A stretch of 64,000 nt of DNA from an uncultured bacterium (GTDB lineage Bacteria; Bacillota_I; Bacilli_A; RFN20; CAG-826): contig CASFCI010000005.1 in assembly GCA_949293175.1 (NCBI GenBank), positions 69,005 to 133,004 on the forward strand, read 5' to 3'. The translations under genes were made by a program, and so were the position numbers. The notes beneath the pieces were generated by a model. The model was not told where the DNA came from. It searched no databases and was given only the letters and a program-made list of their open reading frames with translations. Shown one piece after another: positions 41,912 to 51,622 of the stretch. Numbering within the stretch: position 1 is the first letter of the stretch; each line of letters opens with the position of its first letter.

Positions 41912-44764
41912 ATGGAAAAGAACAATGTCAGCTCCAAGGATTGGATAATCGTCAAAGGCGCGAGGGAGAACAACCTCAAGAACGTCGACGTCGCCATACC
42001 CAAGGGATCGCTCACGGTATTCACCGGGGTGTCCGGGTCGGGCAAATCGACTTTGGCCTTCGACACCATCTTCTCGGAGGGCCAGCGCCGCTACGTGGAA
42101 TCGCTGTCTAGCTATGCCAGGCAGTTTTTGGGCGGCTTCGAGAAGCCGGACGTCGACTCGATAGAAGGCCTCTCCCCGGCCATCTCGATCGACCAGAAGT
42201 CGACCTCGCACAACCCGCGTTCCACCGTCGGGACCGTCACCGAGATCTACGACTACCTCCGCTTGCTTTACGCCAGGGTCGGCGTCCCTTATTGCCCCAA
42301 CCACCACACGCCGATAAAGTCCTTCTCCCCGGTGGCGATGGCCAACGCCATCCTCGCCTACCCGCAGGGCACGAAGATACAGATACTCTCCCCGGTCGTC
42401 AGGGACGAGAAGGGCACCCACGCCGACACGATCGACAAGCTCAAGAAGCAGGGCTTCTCCCGCATCAGGATAGACGGGAACAGCTACGTGCTGCCGGTGG
42501 TGTCGGAGCTGGAGAAGAACAAGCGCCACAGCATCGACATCGTCATCGACCGCCTCATCTGCAAGGAAGGCATCCGCGAGAGGGTGCTCGAGGACGTCGA
42601 GCTCGCCTTGGACTGGGGGCATGGGTATCTGACCATCCTCACCGACGAGGGCGAGCGGCTATTAAGCTCCAAGCACTGCTGCAGCGAATGCGGGTTCTCC
42701 ATCCCCTCGCTCGAGCCGCGCCTATTCTCGTTCAACGCGCCTTTGGGGTATTGCCCCGACTGCAAGGGCCTCGGCATCAAGCGCGAGGTGTCCATCGATC
42801 TGCTAGTCCCAGATCAAAGCAAGACCATCGCCGGCGGGGCGATCCGCTACCTGAGCGGCATCGTCAACACCCCCAACATCGAGTGGAAGGAGTTCGAATA
42901 CCTGTGCAATACCTACTCCATCCCGCTGGATGTGCCTTTCGCCTCCCTCAGCAAGAAGCAGAAGGACATCATCCTCTATGGCTCCCCGGATAGGCTGGAC
43001 TACGTATTGACCTCCTCAAGCGGCAACAAGATGAACCGGCATGGCAAGATCGAGGGCATCAAGACGAGGATCGAGCGGCTCTACCGCGAGACCAGCTCGG
43101 ATTGGATGAGGCAGTACTACGAGTCCTTCATGAGGGACTCCATCTGCACGACCTGCCATGGGGCGAGGCTCAACCAGGCCGCCCTCTCCGTCAAGGTCAA
43201 CGGGCTCAACATCTACGAGGCCACCTGCCTGTCGCTGGAGAGGTTCCTCTGCTGGATAGACGAGGTGCCGTCGATCTTGGACGAGGAGGGCAAGCAGATC
43301 GCCTCCCTCATAATCAAGGAGCTCCGCAACCGGGCCCAGTTCCTGGTCGACGTGGGGCTTGAGTACCTCACCCTTTCCCGGTACGCCATGACCCTTTCCG
43401 GCGGGGAGAGCCAGCGCATCCGCCTCGCCACCCAGATCGGGTCGCGGCTCTCTGGCGTGCTCTATGTCCTCGATGAGCCCTCGATCGGTCTGCATCAGCG
43501 CGACAACGACAAGCTCATCGCGACGCTTAAGGAGATGCGCGACCTCGGCAACACCCTGATCGTGGTCGAGCACGACGAGGACACCATGCGCTCGGCCGAT
43601 TACCTGGTCGACGTCGGTCCCGGGGCGGGGGTCCATGGCGGCGAGGTCGTCGCCAGCGGGTCGCTAAGCGACATCGAGTCCTGCCCCCGCTCGGTCACCG
43701 GCGACTACCTTTCCGGAAAGAAGAGGATCGAGGTGCCTTCAAATAGGAGGAAGGGCAACGGCAAGAAGCTCACCATCCTCGGCGCGAGCTGCCACAACCT
43801 CAAGGGCATCGACGTGAGTTTCCCGCTAGGGACGCTCATCCTCGTAACCGGGGTCTCCGGCTCGGGCAAGAGCTCGCTGGTCAACGAGACGCTGGTCCGC
43901 GCCTTGGACAAGTACCTGAACAAGAAAAACGACCCCGAGCCGATTCTGGCCAAGAAGATCAAGGGCATCGAGAACATCGACAAGCTGGTCTCGATCACCC
44001 AGGAGCCGATCGGGAGGACCCCGCGGTCGAACCCCGCCACCTACACCGGGGTCTTCGACGACATCCGCGCCCTTTTCGCCGAGACCGACGAGGCAAGGGC
44101 GAAGGGCTTCGACAAAGGCCGCTTCTCCTTCAACGTCCCCGGCGGGCGGTGCGAGAAGTGCCAGGGGGCCGGGGTCACCCGGATCCCGATGTCCTTCCTC
44201 CCCGACGTCTACGTCAAATGCGACGAATGCGAGGGGAAGCGCTACAACGAGGAGACCCTCCGCTGCTACTACAAGGGCAAGAACATCCACGACGTCCTCG
44301 AGATGCGGATCGAGGAGGCGGTCGACTTCTTCGCCAACCGCCCGAAGATACTCAACAAGATCAAGACCCTCTGCGACGTCGGGCTAGGCTACATCAAGCT
44401 GGGCCAGCCGGCCACCGAGCTATCAGGCGGCGAGGCGCAGCGGGTCAAGCTCGCCACCGAGCTGCAGAAGAAGATGACCGGCAAGACGGTCTACGTCCTC
44501 GACGAGCCGACGACCGGGCTGCATTCCGACGACGTCAACAAGCTCATCGCCGTGCTGCAGCGCATCGTCGACCACGGCGACACCGTGATCGTCATCGAGC
44601 ACAACCTCGACGTCATCAAGGTCGCCGACTACATCATCGACCTAGGCCCGCTAGGCGGGGACAAGGGCGGGACGGTGGTCGCCACCGGGACCCCGGAGGA
44701 GGTGGCCGATAACCCCAACAGCTTCACCGGCCAATACCTCCGCAAGGCCCTCAATATGGATTAA
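41912..44764 (+). CDS. uvrA: Excinuclease ABC subunit A
   Basis: Two ABC modules (GVSGSGKST twice, LSGGE signatures) and zinc fingers. The start MEKNNVSSKDWIIVKGARENNLKN follows a TGTATAAT box. Confidence 0.97.
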   Translation: MEKNNVSSKDWIIVKGARENNLKNVDVAIPKGSLTVFTGVSGSGKSTLAFDTIFSEGQRRYVESLSSYARQFLGGFEKPDVDSIEGLSPAISIDQKSTSHNPRSTVGTVTEIYDYLRLLYARVGVPYCPNHHTPIKSFSPVAMANAILAYPQGTKIQILSPVVRDEKGTHADTIDKLKKQGFSRIRIDGNSYVLPVVSELEKNKRHSIDIVIDRLICKEGIRERVLEDVELALDWGHGYLTILTDEGERLLSSKHCCSECGFSIPSLEPRLFSFNAPLGYCPDCKGLGIKREVSIDLLVPDQSKTIAGGAIRYLSGIVNTPNIEWKEFEYLCNTYSIPLDVPFASLSKKQKDIILYGSPDRLDYVLTSSSGNKMNRHGKIEGIKTRIERLYRETSSDWMRQYYESFMRDSICTTCHGARLNQAALSVKVNGLNIYEATCLSLERFLCWIDEVPSILDEEGKQIASLIIKELRNRAQFLVDVGLEYLTLSRYAMTLSGGESQRIRLATQIGSRLSGVLYVLDEPSIGLHQRDNDKLIATLKEMRDLGNTLIVVEHDEDTMRSADYLVDVGPGAGVHGGEVVASGSLSDIESCPRSVTGDYLSGKKRIEVPSNRRKGNGKKLTILGASCHNLKGIDVSFPLGTLILVTGVSGSGKSSLVNETLVRALDKYLNKKNDPEPILAKKIKGIENIDKLVSITQEPIGRTPRSNPATYTGVFDDIRALFAETDEARAKGFDKGRFSFNVPGGRCEKCQGAGVTRIPMSFLPDVYVKCDECEGKRYNEETLRCYYKGKNIHDVLEMRIEEAVDFFANRPKILNKIKTLCDVGLGYIKLGQPATELSGGEAQRVKLATELQKKMTGKTVYVLDEPTTGLHSDDVNKLIAVLQRIVDHGDTVIVIEHNLDVIKVADYIIDLGPLGGDKGGTVVATGTPEEVADNPNSFTGQYLRKALNMD

Positions 44765-44794
44765 GGAAGGCGAAAGGTTGATACTTATATAACC

Positions 44795-46192
44795 ATGAAC
44801 ATCGCGTTGTTAGTCATCGGGGCGCTGCTGCTAGTCCCCGCCGTGGCCTTAGCCGTACTCTCGCTTAGGCCATTCGTTAAGCGGGTGCGCTATGAGCGCT
44901 TCTCGGCCAAGGAGCTCTATTTCCTATTGGGCTCGGCCATAAGCTTCCTGTTTTCCGGGGGGCTGCTAGGGGCCGGGATAATCTATTCGCTTAGCCCCTC
45001 CGCCTTAGGCGGGGACGTCGCGATGGCGGTGTCCGGGCTCTCGCTTTTCTTCCTCTTCTTCGCCGCGCTTTGGTGCGCCTTCTACCTCAGGTGGTGGCGC
45101 AAAGACGCCGACAAGGCCACGATGAAGCTGGTCAAGATCGCCCTCTATGGGTCGATACCGTTCGCGGTTCTGACGTTCTTGCTATTCACCGAGGGCATCG
45201 CCCCCTACCTCGAATACCCGTTGGCTTCCGGCTTCGTGATCTCCTCTTCGGGGCTGCAGCTGGTCAGGGCCGGCGAATCCATCCCTAGCGGCCTCCACAT
45301 CTCCTGGTATGGCATCATCATCATCGGCGGGGCGATGGTCAGCTACTTCGTCTCCGACCACCGGTTCTATGGCAAATACGGCAAGCACGGGATGCTCGAC
45401 GGCACCTTGGTCGTCGGCTTCATCTGCGGGGTCATCGGGGCCCGCGTCTGGTACGTCGTCGGCAACTGGAACGGCGATGGGGCGGGCGGCCCGAACTTCT
45501 CTGAGGCCATAGCCGATGGCCGCTGGTACGAGATGTTCCAGATCTGGAACGGCGGCCTCACCATCATCGGCGGGGCGGTCGCCGGCATCATCGCCGGGAC
45601 CCTCTTCGTCTTTTTCACCAAGAAGGAAGTCGACATACGTTGGGGGCTAGACGCCATCGTCCCGACCATCCTGCTGGCCCAGGCCATCGGGAGGTGGGGC
45701 AACTTCTTCAACTGCGAGGTCTACGGGGCCGAGGTGAGCGCGGGCTCGCTTTCCTTCTTGCCGAGTGTCATCGTCAACCAGCTGGGATACAACAACGCCG
45801 GCTTAGCGCTTGACCCGGGCAGGGCCTTCGTGCCGTTATTCCTGATCGAGTCGGTCATCAACATCGCCGGCTACTTCATAATCGCCTACTTCGTCCCCTT
45901 TGTGTGGCGCAAATACCGCCCCAAGGGAGCGCTATGCGGCCTATACATGGTCTGGTACGGCATCGTCAGGATGATCATGGAGCCGCTCCGCGACCCGAGC
46001 TTCAACATGGGCGCGGATGGCAACTGGTCTTTCTGGAATTCGCTTGGCTACATCCTGATCGGGCTCGCCTTCATCGGCATCATGTACCTGCTCGATTACC
46101 TAGGAAAAAGGAAGAAGAAGGAAGAGGTTAAGCCGCAGATCGAGGGCGAAACCGCGCAAAAGCAGGCCGAAGGCCAGAAGGAAGGGGAATGA
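44795..46192 (+). CDS. lgt: Prolipoprotein diacylglyceryl transferase with a long N-terminal membrane extension
   Basis: The Lgt core starts at about residue 170 (WYGIIIIGGAMVSY). GRWGNFFNCEVYG motif. 465 aa. Confidence 0.85.
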   Translation: MNIALLVIGALLLVPAVALAVLSLRPFVKRVRYERFSAKELYFLLGSAISFLFSGGLLGAGIIYSLSPSALGGDVAMAVSGLSLFFLFFAALWCAFYLRWWRKDADKATMKLVKIALYGSIPFAVLTFLLFTEGIAPYLEYPLASGFVISSSGLQLVRAGESIPSGLHISWYGIIIIGGAMVSYFVSDHRFYGKYGKHGMLDGTLVVGFICGVIGARVWYVVGNWNGDGAGGPNFSEAIADGRWYEMFQIWNGGLTIIGGAVAGIIAGTLFVFFTKKEVDIRWGLDAIVPTILLAQAIGRWGNFFNCEVYGAEVSAGSLSFLPSVIVNQLGYNNAGLALDPGRAFVPLFLIESVINIAGYFIIAYFVPFVWRKYRPKGALCGLYMVWYGIVRMIMEPLRDPSFNMGADGNWSFWNSLGYILIGLAFIGIMYLLDYLGKRKKKEEVKPQIEGETAQKQAEGQKEGE

Positions 46193-46193
46193 C

Positions 46194-47096
46194 ATGCATT
46201 ACGACGTCGCGATAATCGGGGCGGGCCCTGCGGGGATATCCGCCGCCATATATCTGTTGCGGAGCTCGGTGAGCTTCGTCTTGCTCGACCGGGGCGCGCC
46301 CGGAGGCAAGCTAAACAACATCCACCGCATCGACAACTACCCCGGCTGCCCGAATATCCCCGGGCCCGAGCTCGCCATGAGCCTGCTCAAGCAGCTGCAG
46401 GGGCTAGGCGGCAAGGTTGAGTATGGCAACGCCGTCGAGGTCAGGCCCGACGAAGAGGGGTATCTGATCCGCCTCGAGGACGGGCATAGCCTAACCGCCA
46501 AGTCCATCATCGCCTGCTCCGGCTCCTCGGCCAGGCGGCTTGGGGTGCCAGGCGAGAAGCAGCTTTTCGGCAGGGGCGTCAGCTACTGCGCCACCTGCGA
46601 CGGGGCCTTCTTCCGCAACAAGGACGTCATGGTCTACGGCTATAAGGACTTCGCGGTCGAGGATGGCATCTACCTTGCCTCGATCTGCTCCCGCGTCTAT
46701 TTCGTCTACCCCCATCCCTTAGAGGCCACCGAGCGCCACCTAGAGGAGCTTCGCTCTTGCAGCAACGTCGAGCTCATCGAAGGGGAGGTTTCCTCATTCT
46801 ATGGCGAGCAGCGTCTGCAGGGAGCGGCCATCAAGACGAAGGATGGCGAGCGCCGCATCGAGGTGTCCGGGGCCTTCCCGCTGTCGGAGCAGCTTTCCGG
46901 GGCGAGCTACCTCGCGCCGTTAGAGCCCAAGCAGGAGAACGGCTTCCTGGTGGTCGGCAAAGACCATGAGACGTCGCTAAAAGGCATCTACGCCGCCGGC
47001 GACGTGGTGGCCAAGAAGCTCCGCCAGATAGTCAACGCCGCCTCCGAGGGCGCCGAATGCGCCATAGAGGCCAACAACTACGTTAGGGGAAGATGA
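46194..47096 (+). CDS. trxB: Thioredoxin-disulfide reductase
   Basis: GAGPAG FAD motif and CATCDG redox centre. Confidence 0.9.
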   Translation: MHYDVAIIGAGPAGISAAIYLLRSSVSFVLLDRGAPGGKLNNIHRIDNYPGCPNIPGPELAMSLLKQLQGLGGKVEYGNAVEVRPDEEGYLIRLEDGHSLTAKSIIACSGSSARRLGVPGEKQLFGRGVSYCATCDGAFFRNKDVMVYGYKDFAVEDGIYLASICSRVYFVYPHPLEATERHLEELRSCSNVELIEGEVSSFYGEQRLQGAAIKTKDGERRIEVSGAFPLSEQLSGASYLAPLEPKQENGFLVVGKDHETSLKGIYAAGDVVAKKLRQIVNAASEGAECAIEANNYVRGR

Positions 47097-47956
47097 TGGA
47101 AGGGCAGCGGCACATCATATTGCTCTCCGGCGTCTCCGGGGCTGGCAAATCGACGATATCCCACGTCTTCGAGGAATTGGGATATCGACTGATAGAGAAC
47201 GTCCCCAACGTGGTTTTGCCGGCTTTGTGCGCCGAATTCGAGTCCAACCCGGCCTATGAGCTCACCGTCATCATCGTGGAAATCAGGCACGCCAAGCACG
47301 CCATAGAGATACTCCGCTCCTTCAAGGGGCTGAAGTCGCATTTCGTGCTGCTAGACTGCAATAAGTCCGAGCTGCTCACCCGCTACCGGCTCACCCGCCA
47401 CGTCCATCCGCTGCAGGCCAAGGGCTATCCGCTTGAGGAATGCCTGCAGATGGACGAGCAGAGCATGAAGGAGGTACGGCCTTTGGCCGACGTCTACGTC
47501 GACACGACCGGGCTCTCGACCAATGAGCTTAGGCACTTCGCCCTCGCCCATTTCGGGAAATCGGGCGACAAGATGGTCATCACCTTCTCCTCATTCGGAT
47601 ACAAATACGGCATCCCGCAGGACGCCGAGGTGATATTCGACTGCCGCAACGTCCCCAACCCGTTCTGGGTGAAGGAGCTCAAGACCAAGACCGGGCTCGA
47701 CCCCGAGGTCAGGCAGTGGCTCGACAACCGCCCCGAGTGCGACGTCTTGTTCACCCATATGGTCAATTACCTGGATTATTTCCTCTCCTCCGCCCACGTC
47801 GATGGCCGGAACTACGTCAACATCGACCTCGGCTGCTCGGGAGGGCAGCACCGCTCGGTCTATTTCGCCCAGCGGCTTTACGAGCATTACAAGGATCAAT
47901 ACCTTTGCTTCGTCTCCCACCGCGAGATGAGGCGCTACATGGGGGCGAAGAAGTAG
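47093..47956 (+). CDS. rapZ: RNase adapter / nucleotide-binding protein RapZ (YvcJ)
   Basis: GVSGAGKST P-loop and GCSGGQHRSV motif. ATGA overlap with trxB. Confidence 0.9.
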   Translation: MMEGQRHIILLSGVSGAGKSTISHVFEELGYRLIENVPNVVLPALCAEFESNPAYELTVIIVEIRHAKHAIEILRSFKGLKSHFVLLDCNKSELLTRYRLTRHVHPLQAKGYPLEECLQMDEQSMKEVRPLADVYVDTTGLSTNELRHFALAHFGKSGDKMVITFSSFGYKYGIPQDAEVIFDCRNVPNPFWVKELKTKTGLDPEVRQWLDNRPECDVLFTHMVNYLDYFLSSAHVDGRNYVNIDLGCSGGQHRSVYFAQRLYEHYKDQYLCFVSHREMRRYMGAKK

Positions 47957-48915
47957 TGGGGGCCTCCCCGGTTTCCTTCGCCTTGCAGGTAAAGGAGGAG
48001 ATTTCCTCGCTTAGCCTGCCCGAGGAGGCGCTGCGCCCCCTTCTTTCGGGCTACGCCAAATGCGCCGGCTCCATCAGGATGAGCAGCTCGGGGAACGAGC
48101 TTGACCTGGTAAGCGAATCCAGCAAGGTCGCCAAATTGCTCTACGGGGCGATCTCCTCGATATACGGCTCGGGGGTCAGGTTCGCCTACTCCAAGATGAT
48201 GGGCTTCCATAAGCGGACCAGGTTCCACGTGCTGGCCAAGGAGGCCGACTACATCCTCTCCGACCTCGGCGTCGATCTTCTTTCCCCCTCTTTGCCAAAG
48301 GGGCTGCTAACGGATGAGAAGGACGAGCAGAGCTACCTCGCCGGGTGCTTCCTCGCCCGCGGCTCGGTCAACGACCCCCATTCGAGCTCCTACCACCTCG
48401 AGATCGCCCTCGACAGCGAGAAACTGGCCTCTATGGTCAGCTCGCTCATCAACCATTCGAAGTCGTTCCCATTCAATAGCCGGGTCGCCAAAAGGCGGCA
48501 GCAGTGGATCGTCTACCTCAAGCGGGCCGAGCAGATATCGAGCTTTTTGACCTACATCGGGGCCACCGCCTCCTGCCTCTACTTCGAGCAGATCAGGGTC
48601 GACCGCGACTTCGCCAACCTCGGCAATCGGTTCAACAACCTCGACTCCGCCAACATGGGCAAGACACTCGGCGCCTCGAAAAGGCAACTAGACGAGATCG
48701 CCCACTTCGACGTCCACGGCACCTTCCCCAAGATAGAGAGCGAGAAGCTGCGGGCCTTGATGGCCATAAGGAAGCAGAATCCCGACGCCACGCTTGCCGA
48801 GCTTTCCGCCCTTCTTTCGGAGCAGCTCAACACCGAGGTCAGCAAGTCGAACGTCAACCACCTATTCCGGAAGCTTCATGAGCTCTACCTGCAGGACAAT
48901 GGAGACGCTGAGTAA
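47956..48915 (+). CDS. whiA: Sporulation/cell-division regulator WhiA
   Basis: GTG start overlaps the rapZ stop (TAGTG). LAGCFLARGSVNDPHSSSYHLEI LAGLIDADG-like core. C-terminal HTH. Confidence 0.85.
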   Translation: MGASPVSFALQVKEEISSLSLPEEALRPLLSGYAKCAGSIRMSSSGNELDLVSESSKVAKLLYGAISSIYGSGVRFAYSKMMGFHKRTRFHVLAKEADYILSDLGVDLLSPSLPKGLLTDEKDEQSYLAGCFLARGSVNDPHSSSYHLEIALDSEKLASMVSSLINHSKSFPFNSRVAKRRQQWIVYLKRAEQISSFLTYIGATASCLYFEQIRVDRDFANLGNRFNNLDSANMGKTLGASKRQLDEIAHFDVHGTFPKIESEKLRALMAIRKQNPDATLAELSALLSEQLNTEVSKSNVNHLFRKLHELYLQDNGDAE

Positions 48916-49153
48916 GAAGAGGAGGGCGCGTAGAGGGGAGCAAGACGAGCAGGCCCTCTATGAGCTTTCCAATAGGATAAAGAGGATCAGGCTGCAGAAG
49001 GGCCTTAGCCAGCTTGAGCTCTCATTGCGCCTAGGCTGCTCGCCGCATTATGTCTCGGATCTGGAGAACATGCGGCGCAACCCCTCGTTCCTAAGCCTAT
49101 TGCATATCGCCGAGGCGCTTGGGGTCGGCATCGAAGACCTATTGATTGGATAG
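48899..49153 (+). CDS. XRE-family helix-turn-helix protein (84 aa)
   Basis: LQKGLSQLELSLRLGCSPHYVSDLENMRRNPS HTH motif. The start overlaps the whiA 3' end by 17 nt. Confidence 0.6.
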   Translation: METLSKKRRARRGEQDEQALYELSNRIKRIRLQKGLSQLELSLRLGCSPHYVSDLENMRRNPSFLSLLHIAEALGVGIEDLLIG

Positions 49154-49196
49154 GGCCGGCGAAAATATAATCCGAGGTTAAGGAGGCTGTTTTTCA

Positions 49197-50348
49197 ATGG
49201 CCAATAGATTCTGCCTAAACCCCATCTCCTACCACGGCTATGGAGCGATCGACTCCATCGTCCCCGAAATCAAAGGGCACCACTTCAAGAAGGCTTTGGT
49301 GTGCTCCGACCCCGACCTGGTGAAGTTCAAGGTCACCGCCCACGTCACCGACCTGCTCGATGAGGCTGGGCTGCCTTATGAGCTTTACGACGGCATCAAG
49401 CCCAACCCCACCATCGAGAACGTGGTGGAAGGGGTGAAGGCCTATCGCGAGGCCGAGGCCGACTACATCATCGCCATCGGCGGGGGATCGTCGATGGACA
49501 CCGCCAAGGCCATCGGCATAATCGCCACCAACCCGGAGTTCGCTGACGTCAGGAGCCTCGAGGGCGCCTCGCCGACCAAGAACCCCTGCGCCCCGATACT
49601 GGCCGTCCCGACCACCGCCGGGACCGCGGCCGAGGTCACCATCAACTACGTCATCACCGATGAGCAGAAGCACCGCAAGTTCGTCTGCGTCGACCCCCAC
49701 GACATGCCGATACTGGCCTTCGTCGACCCGACCATGATGTCGACCATGCCCAAGAAGCTGACCGCCGCGACCGGCATGGACGCTTTGACCCACGCCATCG
49801 AGGGCCTCATCACCAAAGGGGCCTGGGAGCTCTCCGACTGCCTCCACCTCGAGGCCATCAAGCTCGTATCAAAGAACCTCCGCTCGGCCTACGCGGGGGA
49901 GAAGGAGGGCCGCGAGGGGATGGCGTTAGCCGAATACGTCGCCGGCATGGGCTTCTCCAACGTCGGGCTTGGCATCGTCCACTCGATGGCCCATCCGCTA
50001 AGCGCCCTATACGACACCCCGCACGGCGTGGCCTGCTCGATACTGCTTCCGACCGGCATGAGGTACAACGCCGACTACACCGGGGAGAAGTATAAGGAGC
50101 TCGCCAGGGCCATGGGCGTCCCCGGGGTCGACTCGATGTCGCAGGGCGAGTACCGGCAAGCCGCCATCGAGGCGGTCGCGAAGCTCTCCGAGGACGTCGG
50201 CATCCCCACCAGCCTCAAGGGCATCGTCAAGGAGGAGGACCTGAGCTTCCTCGCCGATTCCGCCTTGGCCGACGCCTGCATGCCCGGCAACCCCCGGACC
50301 CCGACCAAGGAGGAGGTCATCGCCCTCTACCGGAGCCTGATGGAATAA
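49197..50348 (+). CDS. Iron-containing alcohol dehydrogenase (FucO/lactaldehyde reductase-like)
   Basis: GGGSSMDTAKA motif, His-rich metal site (HSMAHPLS), and a strong SD. Confidence 0.85.
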   Translation: MANRFCLNPISYHGYGAIDSIVPEIKGHHFKKALVCSDPDLVKFKVTAHVTDLLDEAGLPYELYDGIKPNPTIENVVEGVKAYREAEADYIIAIGGGSSMDTAKAIGIIATNPEFADVRSLEGASPTKNPCAPILAVPTTAGTAAEVTINYVITDEQKHRKFVCVDPHDMPILAFVDPTMMSTMPKKLTAATGMDALTHAIEGLITKGAWELSDCLHLEAIKLVSKNLRSAYAGEKEGREGMALAEYVAGMGFSNVGLGIVHSMAHPLSALYDTPHGVACSILLPTGMRYNADYTGEKYKELARAMGVPGVDSMSQGEYRQAAIEAVAKLSEDVGIPTSLKGIVKEEDLSFLADSALADACMPGNPRTPTKEEVIALYRSLME

Positions 50349-50463
50349 GGCAACTCCAGGCGTTACCTATAAGGTAAATCGGTAAAAGTTTTGCCCCCTT
50401 TCCAGCGGGGCCAAGGATTTGTATAATGTTGCCGCAGTTTAATTAAGGAGGGACAAAAAAGAC

Positions 50464-51525
50464 ATGTCCATCAAACTAGCAATCAACGGGTTCGGCCGCA
50501 TCGGCCGCCTCGCTTTCCGCCGCGCCTATGAGGACGGCCGCTTCGAAGTCGTCGCCATCAACGACCTCGTCGACGCGAAGACCCTCGCCTACCTTCTGAA
50601 GTACGACACCACCCAGCACAGCTGGCACGTCGACGACATCTCCGCCGAAGTCAAGAAGGACGAGAACGGGAACGTCATCGAGAACTACCTCGTCTTCAAG
50701 GGACACAAGATCCCGGTCCTCGGCAAGAAGGATCCGCACGACCTCAAGTGGGGCGAATACGGCGTCGATATCGTCTTGGAGTGCACCGGCCGCCTCAAGA
50801 GCAAAGAGGATGGCCAGGTCCATCTAGACAACGGCGCGAAGGGCGTCATCATCTCCGCCCCGAGCTCCTCGAAGGACATCCCGACCTTCGTCTACGGCGT
50901 CAACACCGATAAGCTCACCCCGGACATGAAGATCATCTCCGGCGGCAGCTGCACCACCAACTGCCTCGCCCCCGTCATGGACGTCCTCGACAAGAAGTAC
51001 CACGTCCGCGGCGGCTTCATGACCACCGTCCACGCCTACACCAACGACCAGACCATCCTCGACCTGGCCAAGGGCAACCTCCGCCGCGGCCGCGCCGCCG
51101 CCGCCAACATCGTCCCGACCACCACCGGGGCGGCCAAGGCGATCAAGGTCGTCATCCCCGACCTCGATGGCAAGCTCATGGGCGGCGCCATCCGCGTCCC
51201 GGTACCCGATGGCTCGCTAGTCGACCTCTCCCTCGTCCTCGACGATGAGGGTCTGACCGTCGACGGCATCAACGCCTCGCTCAAGGAAGCCAGCGAGGGC
51301 TACCTCAAGGGCGTCCTCGGCTACACCACCGATGAGATCGTCTCCAGCGACATCATCGGCTCGACCTACGGCTCGATCTTCGACGCCACCCAGACCGTCG
51401 TCTTCACCGACAAGACCGGCCTCCACCACGTCAAGGTCGTCTCCTGGTACGACAACGAGAACTCCTTCACCTGCCAGTACATCCGCCTCGCCGGCGAGTA
51501 TGGCAAGGTCCTCGGCTGCAAGTAA
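50464..51525 (+). CDS. gap: Glyceraldehyde-3-phosphate dehydrogenase
   Basis: INGFGRIGR and SCTTNCLAP motifs. Confidence 0.97.
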   Translation: MSIKLAINGFGRIGRLAFRRAYEDGRFEVVAINDLVDAKTLAYLLKYDTTQHSWHVDDISAEVKKDENGNVIENYLVFKGHKIPVLGKKDPHDLKWGEYGVDIVLECTGRLKSKEDGQVHLDNGAKGVIISAPSSSKDIPTFVYGVNTDKLTPDMKIISGGSCTTNCLAPVMDVLDKKYHVRGGFMTTVHAYTNDQTILDLAKGNLRRGRAAAANIVPTTTGAAKAIKVVIPDLDGKLMGGAIRVPVPDGSLVDLSLVLDDEGLTVDGINASLKEASEGYLKGVLGYTTDEIVSSDIIGSTYGSIFDATQTVVFTDKTGLHHVKVVSWYDNENSFTCQYIRLAGEYGKVLGCK

Positions 51526-51536
51526 TCCCGACCAAC

Positions 51537-51575
51537 AAAAGCGCCTTCCCCACTGGGGGAGGTGCTTTTTGTTTT
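51537..51575 (+). terminator. Terminator/attenuator between gap and pgk
   Basis: AAAAGCGCCTTCCCC-ACTG-GGGGAGGTGCTTTTTGTTTT. Confidence 0.55.
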
Positions 51576-51622
51576 CCCTCACCCTTTAGGGTGGTAATAT
51601 TAACTCGCAAGGAGATATATAA

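Noticed and set aside
47716-47955. Long N-terminal extension of WhiA (ORF-track start 47716). Analogous over-extended starts occur at 1806 (HAD), 6094 (rpmG), 22081 (protease), 23928 (rpsL) and 41756 (uvrA).
   Set aside because: The extensions overlap upstream genes, terminators or promoters and translate to non-homologous sequence. Internal starts match conserved N termini and SD or -10 signals.
50373-50388. Palindrome TTACCTATAAGGTAA upstream of gap, considered as a CggR-type operator.
   Set aside because: It does not resemble the CggR direct-repeat operator as I recall it, and no cggR gene precedes gap. A short AT-rich palindrome of this kind may be chance or a weak adh 3' hairpin.
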